Origin: a bacterium
Lineage (GTDB): Bacteria; Bacteroidota; Ignavibacteria; UBA10030
NCBI GenBank assembly: GCA_043803945.1
Contig: JAZDJN010000018.1
Location: 1-64,000 of the forward strand
Length of the DNA stretch: 64,000 nucleotides
Direction: 5' to 3'
Shown here: positions 59,384-64,000 of the stretch, piece after piece
Layout of the letters: the number at the start of each line of letters is the position of its first letter
Numbering within the stretch: position 1 is the stretch's first letter
Translations under genes and position numbers: made by a program
The notes under the pieces: generated by a model
What the model saw: only the letters and a program-made list of their open reading frames with translations
Database searches by the model: none
What the model was told of the DNA's origin: nothing

Positions 59384-61741
59384 TTACCGAATCAAATTCA
59401 TTTTTCCGCTCTTGACAAATCCTCCCGCAAGCAACCGGTAGATATAGACTCCGCTGGGGAGATCGTTTGCACCGAAACTAACAAGATAATTTCCCGGAGT
59501 CAACTGCTGATTCACCAACGTAGCAATTTCACGTCCAAGGATATCGTACACCTTCAGGGTTGTCAGTGCAGTGCCGGCGATCGAGAATCTTATTTGTGTC
59601 GATGCGTTGAAAGGATTCGGGTAATTCTGCGCAAGCGAGAATTCGTACGGCATCACCTTATCGCCTTCTACCACGGTGATACCCTGACCAGTCATAAACC
59701 GAGCTTCTGACGACCAATCGCCTTCACCAAATTGATTTGCAGCTAAGACATTCCATCGATAGATAAGGTTGGGATTTAACGTTTTCGTACAAACCCACTG
59801 AGTATCCGCCACAATTGATTCGAGAAAAAGCAGTCCGGTCCCGTCAAGGATCCGGATTTTATAGGAGGTAGCATTATTGTTCAACCAACTGAAAGTCGGA
59901 ATCCGTGAAACATTTATTTTATTGACTGGATAGACAAGTGTTGGCGGTGCGGGCCATGCAGTTTGGAAGCTCTGTGGTGCAGAGTACCCTCCTGCTTCAG
60001 TTTGGTTTCCTGCCACAACACGCCAGTGGTATTTCTTCTGCACCGTGAGTCCGGTAAGCACATACGTCGAATCGGTGGTATTAAGATTGAGAACCAGCGA
60101 TGACGGAAAAAAATCCATCGAAGTGCTGACTTGTACATTGTACGAGGTTGCATTGGGTTGTTTATTCCACCTCAACAAATCGATACGAGCAAAGAAGCCA
60201 CCCTCAAGTGGAGAGACCAGCGTCGGTGTTTGGAGCGATCCAACAGACTGCAGCGAGACAATATTGCTGAGCACACTTTCATTGTTATTTTTATCGATCG
60301 CAGCAACTGCATAATAGTATTTCACATTCGAGGTATCGATGCGCGCACTCGGTGTGGCGGATCGTTGTCCAGCAAGTGAAATCAAGTTATTGGCATTTTC
60401 AAAATCCGCTGGCTGTGGAGATGACGAGATAAAACGATAGACAAGATATCGGGAAGCAATGTCGCCGTCGCTGGCTGCACTTGGTTGATCCCACTGGAAC
60501 GAACTGAGTTTGGTTACAGGATCATATACCGCTTTGAGATTACCCGGAACATTTGGCGCTACTGTTTCCTTCCATGTCATCACGGGAATGATCGAAGGTG
60601 AGCGGAAGGTCTGCGATTTCAGGATATCAGTAATGCCACCGGTATTCTTAATGATATATGTAGCGCTATATTGGATACAACCTTGTACGTTTTGATTTGT
60701 GCGGTTGTACAGCAATTGATTCATAAGCTCCGACGCTCCGCCAAATGCAGTACCAATACGATAGGTCGCATTACCGGTATAGAGGTGTCGACCATTGGTC
60801 TGAGTTGACCACCATTGCTGCAATGCCGCGTAATCCTGTCCACCGCCAAACGACCAATATAATTGCGGAGCAAGATAATCGATGTATTTTCCGGAAAGCC
60901 ACGCCACTGCATCACAGTAGATCACACTATAGTTATCCGCACCCGAGATACCGTTGGGGACACCATTCTTCCAGATTCCCCGTGGGCTCATCCCCCATTT
61001 TACATGCGGTTTGATAGCCTTGATGCTGTCATAAACCTGCTTGATAAGAAGATTGACATTATCTCTTCTCCAGTCCCCCAGATTGGTGAAACCGCGAGGA
61101 TAGGCCTGAAACGTCGCAGCATCTTCATTCGCAATGCCTTCCTGGTAAAAATAGTCATCCATATGTGCACCCTCAATATCGTAGCGGCGCACAACATCGG
61201 CAATCACCTTTGAGACATGATCACGCACAACCTGTAATCCTGGGTTGAGGAATTTATACGATCCCACTGTGAGAATCCAATCAGGGTTGCTCCTCACCAC
61301 ATGCGATGTATGTAACGGATAATTCCCTACCGTCCGTTCAGCGCGATACGGATTAAACCATGCATGAATTTCCATCCCTCGTTTATGGGCTTCCTCAATT
61401 GCAAACTGAAGCGGGTCAAAATTATCGGAGGGAGCCGTACCTTGAGCTCCCGTGAGCCAGTAGGACCACGGCTCATAAGGAGATTTATAGAGTGCATCGC
61501 ACTCAGTCCGGATCTGAAAAATAACCGCATTCACACCTGCATCGTAAAGGCCGTTGAGCATGTTGACCAATTGCAGCCGTTGATAGGCCGGATCCTCGCC
61601 ACGCGTGGGCCAGTCAATGTTGGTGACTGTGGCTATCCAAGCGCCACGGAATTCACGCTTCAACGCTTTCTGGGAAAAGAGGGATGAAACGCACAATACT
61701 GCAATAAGTATCAAGATGGCTAATCGGACACGATTTTTCAT
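59384..61741 (-). CDS. Secreted GHL10-type (YngK-like, family-10-like glycoside hydrolase) protein with FN3-like domains and a T9SS C-terminal sorting domain.
   Basis: Signal peptide present. RGAWIAT and …EIHAWFNPY… are typical of the GHL10 TIM barrel. The C-terminal T9SS sorting motif reads NYPNPFNASTQIRFS…VYIYRL. Confidence 0.7.
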   Translation of the reverse strand: MKNRVRLAILILIAVLCVSSLFSQKALKREFRGAWIATVTNIDWPTRGEDPAYQRLQLVNMLNGLYDAGVNAVIFQIRTECDALYKSPYEPWSYWLTGAQGTAPSDNFDPLQFAIEEAHKRGMEIHAWFNPYRAERTVGNYPLHTSHVVRSNPDWILTVGSYKFLNPGLQVVRDHVSKVIADVVRRYDIEGAHMDDYFYQEGIANEDAATFQAYPRGFTNLGDWRRDNVNLLIKQVYDSIKAIKPHVKWGMSPRGIWKNGVPNGISGADNYSVIYCDAVAWLSGKYIDYLAPQLYWSFGGGQDYAALQQWWSTQTNGRHLYTGNATYRIGTAFGGASELMNQLLYNRTNQNVQGCIQYSATYIIKNTGGITDILKSQTFRSPSIIPVMTWKETVAPNVPGNLKAVYDPVTKLSSFQWDQPSAASDGDIASRYLVYRFISSSPQPADFENANNLISLAGQRSATPSARIDTSNVKYYYAVAAIDKNNNESVLSNIVSLQSVGSLQTPTLVSPLEGGFFARIDLLRWNKQPNATSYNVQVSTSMDFFPSSLVLNLNTTDSTYVLTGLTVQKKYHWRVVAGNQTEAGGYSAPQSFQTAWPAPPTLVYPVNKINVSRIPTFSWLNNNATSYKIRILDGTGLLFLESIVADTQWVCTKTLNPNLIYRWNVLAANQFGEGDWSSEARFMTGQGITVVEGDKVMPYEFSLAQNYPNPFNASTQIRFSIAGTALTTLKVYDILGREIATLVNQQLTPGNYLVSFGANDLPSGVYIYRLLAGGFVKSGKMNLIR

Positions 61742-61799
61742 AGAGTTACCTCTGTTTCAATGCGTGGTTCGTTCTTATAATCAGACCAAAGTGTATTGT

Positions 61800-62921
61800 T
61801 CATGACTTATCGAAGCGCATCTGCGCTAGAAGCTGGAGCGACTCCCGTATTAACTGTTCCTCAACGTTTTCGACGACGTGAACTTCTCCAAACTGCTTCA
61901 ACAAAACAAAACGGTTCCTTCCCTGTGATACATTTTTCTTATCGACTCTGATTGCCTGAAGAACAGGTGCCTGTCGAATCGATGGTATCTTGAATTTCCA
62001 AAGGACACGTTGAATCAGTGCAACGAGTCGTTCCAAAGTTACGGAATCGAGAAGCCCCATTTTCTGTGCGATGTATCCTTCCGCGATGAGTCCTAGCATT
62101 ACCGCTTCTCCGTGCGTCAAGACCCGATAGTTGGTTGCCGTTTCCAGTGCATGACCGATTGTGTGTCCAAGATTCAGTATCACCCGCTCGCCGTCTTCAC
62201 GTTCATCACGGGAAACAAGCGCCGCTTTTTCAGTGATGCAGCGAGCGACGGCCTGAAGCAGAACATCTGATTCGAGTCGAAGAATTTGAGGAAGAACTGT
62301 TTCAAGATACTGAAAAAAAGATTTATCAAAAATAGCTGCGTACTTAATCACCTCACCCAGGCCGCAAATTATTTGCCGTTGGGGAAGTGTTAACAAATAG
62401 TGCACATCAGTCCACACAGCGACAGGCTGATGGAAAGCACCAATCATATTTTTCGCTCGCGGATGGTTTATACCCACTTTGCCGCCAACGGAACTATCCA
62501 CCTGTGCCAGCAACGATGTCGGGAGATGAAGAAGGGAAAGCCCCCGTTGATAGGTAGCAGCAACAAATCCTGCCAGATCACCGATGACTCCGCCGCCCAG
62601 GGCAATGACAAGAGATTTTCGCGTTACTCCCTCTCTGAGCAATCTCGTATAGAGAGCAAGTGCACGTGACGGACTTTTTTGATTCTCCCCCGCTGGGATC
62701 ACTATGCAAAAAGTTTGATAGTGCAATCCCTCTAAATACTTCTTAAGCGGTATCAGATGATGACGAGCAACATTACGGTCAGTGATAATAACAACACTTT
62801 TTAAACGAAAAAAATCTCCAAGCAATGCGGCGAGGCTGTCGAGCATCGTTCTTCCGAGGTGAATCTGATAGCTGCGCTCACCAAGATGAACTGGGATTTG
62901 TGTAATGGGTATCTGCTGCAT
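61800..62921 (-). CDS. aroB: 3-dehydroquinate synthase.
   Basis: 373 aa with the NAD-binding GGGVIGDLAGF and the metal-binding H…H region typical of AroB. Confidence 0.9.
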   Translation of the reverse strand: MQQIPITQIPVHLGERSYQIHLGRTMLDSLAALLGDFFRLKSVVIITDRNVARHHLIPLKKYLEGLHYQTFCIVIPAGENQKSPSRALALYTRLLREGVTRKSLVIALGGGVIGDLAGFVAATYQRGLSLLHLPTSLLAQVDSSVGGKVGINHPRAKNMIGAFHQPVAVWTDVHYLLTLPQRQIICGLGEVIKYAAIFDKSFFQYLETVLPQILRLESDVLLQAVARCITEKAALVSRDEREDGERVILNLGHTIGHALETATNYRVLTHGEAVMLGLIAEGYIAQKMGLLDSVTLERLVALIQRVLWKFKIPSIRQAPVLQAIRVDKKNVSQGRNRFVLLKQFGEVHVVENVEEQLIRESLQLLAQMRFDKS

Positions 62922-62922
62922 A

Positions 62923-63486
62923 TTAGAGTTTGATCATTCCCCTGAGGTTTTTTACAATTTCATCTACGGTAGGACCCACGCGTTTATTATCAGTCCTGAT
63001 CACGATATCCGCACGAGTATAAAATTCCTCACGGTGATCGAGAATTTCATGAACCCTCTCTCGCATTTCATCCGGAGGAAGGATCGTGCCGGTTGAGCTT
63101 TTAAGCATGGGGCGATCCGTTTTATGCTGGACACGGTGGAGAATGTGTTCAGGAGAAAGTTGAAGATAGACAATCACACCGGTTTGCCGTATGATCTGAT
63201 AATTTTGCTCGTTGGCAATTGTTCCTCCTCCAAGCGCGATGACATAGCGGTGATTTGAAGAGATTTTCGCGAGCACGCTTCGTTCAAGCTCTCTGAATTT
63301 CTGCTCTCCTTCTGAAGCGAAAATATCTACTACTCGTTTCTTCGTTTCGTGCTCAATAAATTTATCAATGTCAATATAGTCAAATCCCAGAGTGTTTGCG
63401 AGGATAGGGCCGATGGTACTTTTCCCGCTCCCCATAAAGCCGGTAAGATAGATAATGGATTTTTCTGTTTTGCCAGATGTTTTCAT
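62923..63486 (-). CDS. aroK: Shikimate kinase.
   Basis: P-loop GFMGSGKST. The size from the ATG at 63486 is ~187 aa. It is adjacent to aroB. Confidence 0.85.
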   Translation of the reverse strand: MKTSGKTEKSIIYLTGFMGSGKSTIGPILANTLGFDYIDIDKFIEHETKKRVVDIFASEGEQKFRELERSVLAKISSNHRYVIALGGGTIANEQNYQIIRQTGVIVYLQLSPEHILHRVQHKTDRPMLKSSTGTILPPDEMRERVHEILDHREEFYTRADIVIRTDNKRVGPTVDEIVKNLRGMIKL

Positions 63487-63661
63487 TGAGGGGATTCTCT
63501 TCTCTGTAGAAGGAGCAAAACAAGAGGGAAAAAAACAATCCCTCTGGAGGATAATATCACAATTGATCTCGATGGAGAGAACAATTCGTCCCATGCTGGA
63601 GAATAACAATGAAGAAGTCAGCGTCCAACAGGATTTACACCGAAGGAAAGATCATTTCTCA

Positions 63662-63979
63662 TCATAGGTCGATAACAATACCAAGGCCAAAGCAGAGGCC
63701 ATTGACATTAATCTTGCTCTTGATGATGTCTCTCGAAATGAGAACCGCTTGATCGTTGATGATAGCGGCGGGTGATTCAAACCTGCTTTCGGTGATAACC
63801 TCGGGGTCCCGGAATCGCATTTGCGCGCGAAAAGAGATTCTTGAATTCACGCGATAGTCGAAATTCGTACCAACATGAATACCAAAGGCAAGGGGATTAT
63901 TCTCCTGGAGAGCTTTGACACCTCCTATCTGAAGCGTCCGAACTCCGTAGTACACTCCGAGGCCTCCACCCATTGCCAA
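63662..63979 (-). CDS. Outer-membrane beta-barrel-like protein, probably N-terminally incomplete at the window edge.
   Basis: Alternating hydrophobic pattern with a C-terminal aromatic/hydrophobic end. No signal peptide is present in the visible part. Confidence 0.3.
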   Translation of the reverse strand: MAMGGGLGVYYGVRTLQIGGVKALQENNPLAFGIHVGTNFDYRVNSRISFRAQMRFRDPEVITESRFESPAAIINDQAVLISRDIIKSKINVNGLCFGLGIVIDL

Positions 63980-64000
63980 TCTGATCGACTCGCCACCGAC

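Noticed and set aside
1-64000. tRNA, rRNA, tmRNA or riboswitch genes
   Set aside because: No T-arm (GGTTCGAATCC-like) motif with acceptor-stem pairing was found, and no rRNA-like conserved block was seen by eye. This is not an exhaustive scan, and tRNAscan or Infernal would be needed to be certain.

Overview
This 64 kb window looks like it comes from a bacterium of the FCB group (Bacteroidota/Ignavibacteriota/Chlorobi-like). The evidence is several proteins ending in the type IX secretion (T9SS) C-terminal sorting domain with an N-PNPFN-type motif, an ORF6N-domain protein, and a tricorn-protease homologue. GC content is roughly 50%. All calls were made by eye, so family assignments are tentative.

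The window divides into three parts:

- **1–17.7 kb, ordinary genes with one unusual signalling locus.** A tricorn protease homologue is followed by two tandem paralogous three-gene modules on the minus strand. Each module encodes an ECF sigma factor, a zf-HC2 anti-sigma factor, and a large 3TM–loop–3TM membrane protein with a possible CHASE2-like sensor domain. The modules are punctuated by a 62-bp hairpin-forming repeat family and a roughly 105-bp direct repeat that may be an ECF-type promoter. After them come a Tat-exported GH42-like hydrolase, a CapA-family protein, a secreted GXSXG protein and an SPFH/flotillin-like protein.

- **17.7–30.3 kb, an accessory, defence-like island.** It begins with a cluster of palindromic hairpins. 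It then contains an OLD-family ATPase/Toprim nuclease with two unknown upstream genes and a tiny Gly/Leu-rich membrane peptide, followed by a SAM methyltransferase and an M28 peptidase. A ParB-like, Mrr-like PD-(D/E)xK nuclease and candidate HEPN protein triad follows, then an ORF6N protein. A conserved ~70–235 bp non-coding element sits immediately 5' of four consecutive minus-strand transcription units in this island. A 140-aa gene at the left edge of the island has a degraded pseudogene copy inside it.

- **30.3–64 kb, mostly housekeeping.** It includes S46 and S9 peptidases, a GMP-synthase ATP-PPase-only gene and HtpX. There are T9SS-sorted surface proteins: one has its reading frame broken twice, and another is truncated by an IS element. 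The remainder is CoA-binding protein, gcvP, the rnc–fabF–acpP–fabG–fabD–fabH–plsX–rpmF–yceD block, lpxH-like, PBP1A, a GHL10/FN3/T9SS protein, aroB and aroK.

No rRNA, tRNA or CRISPR array was recognised.
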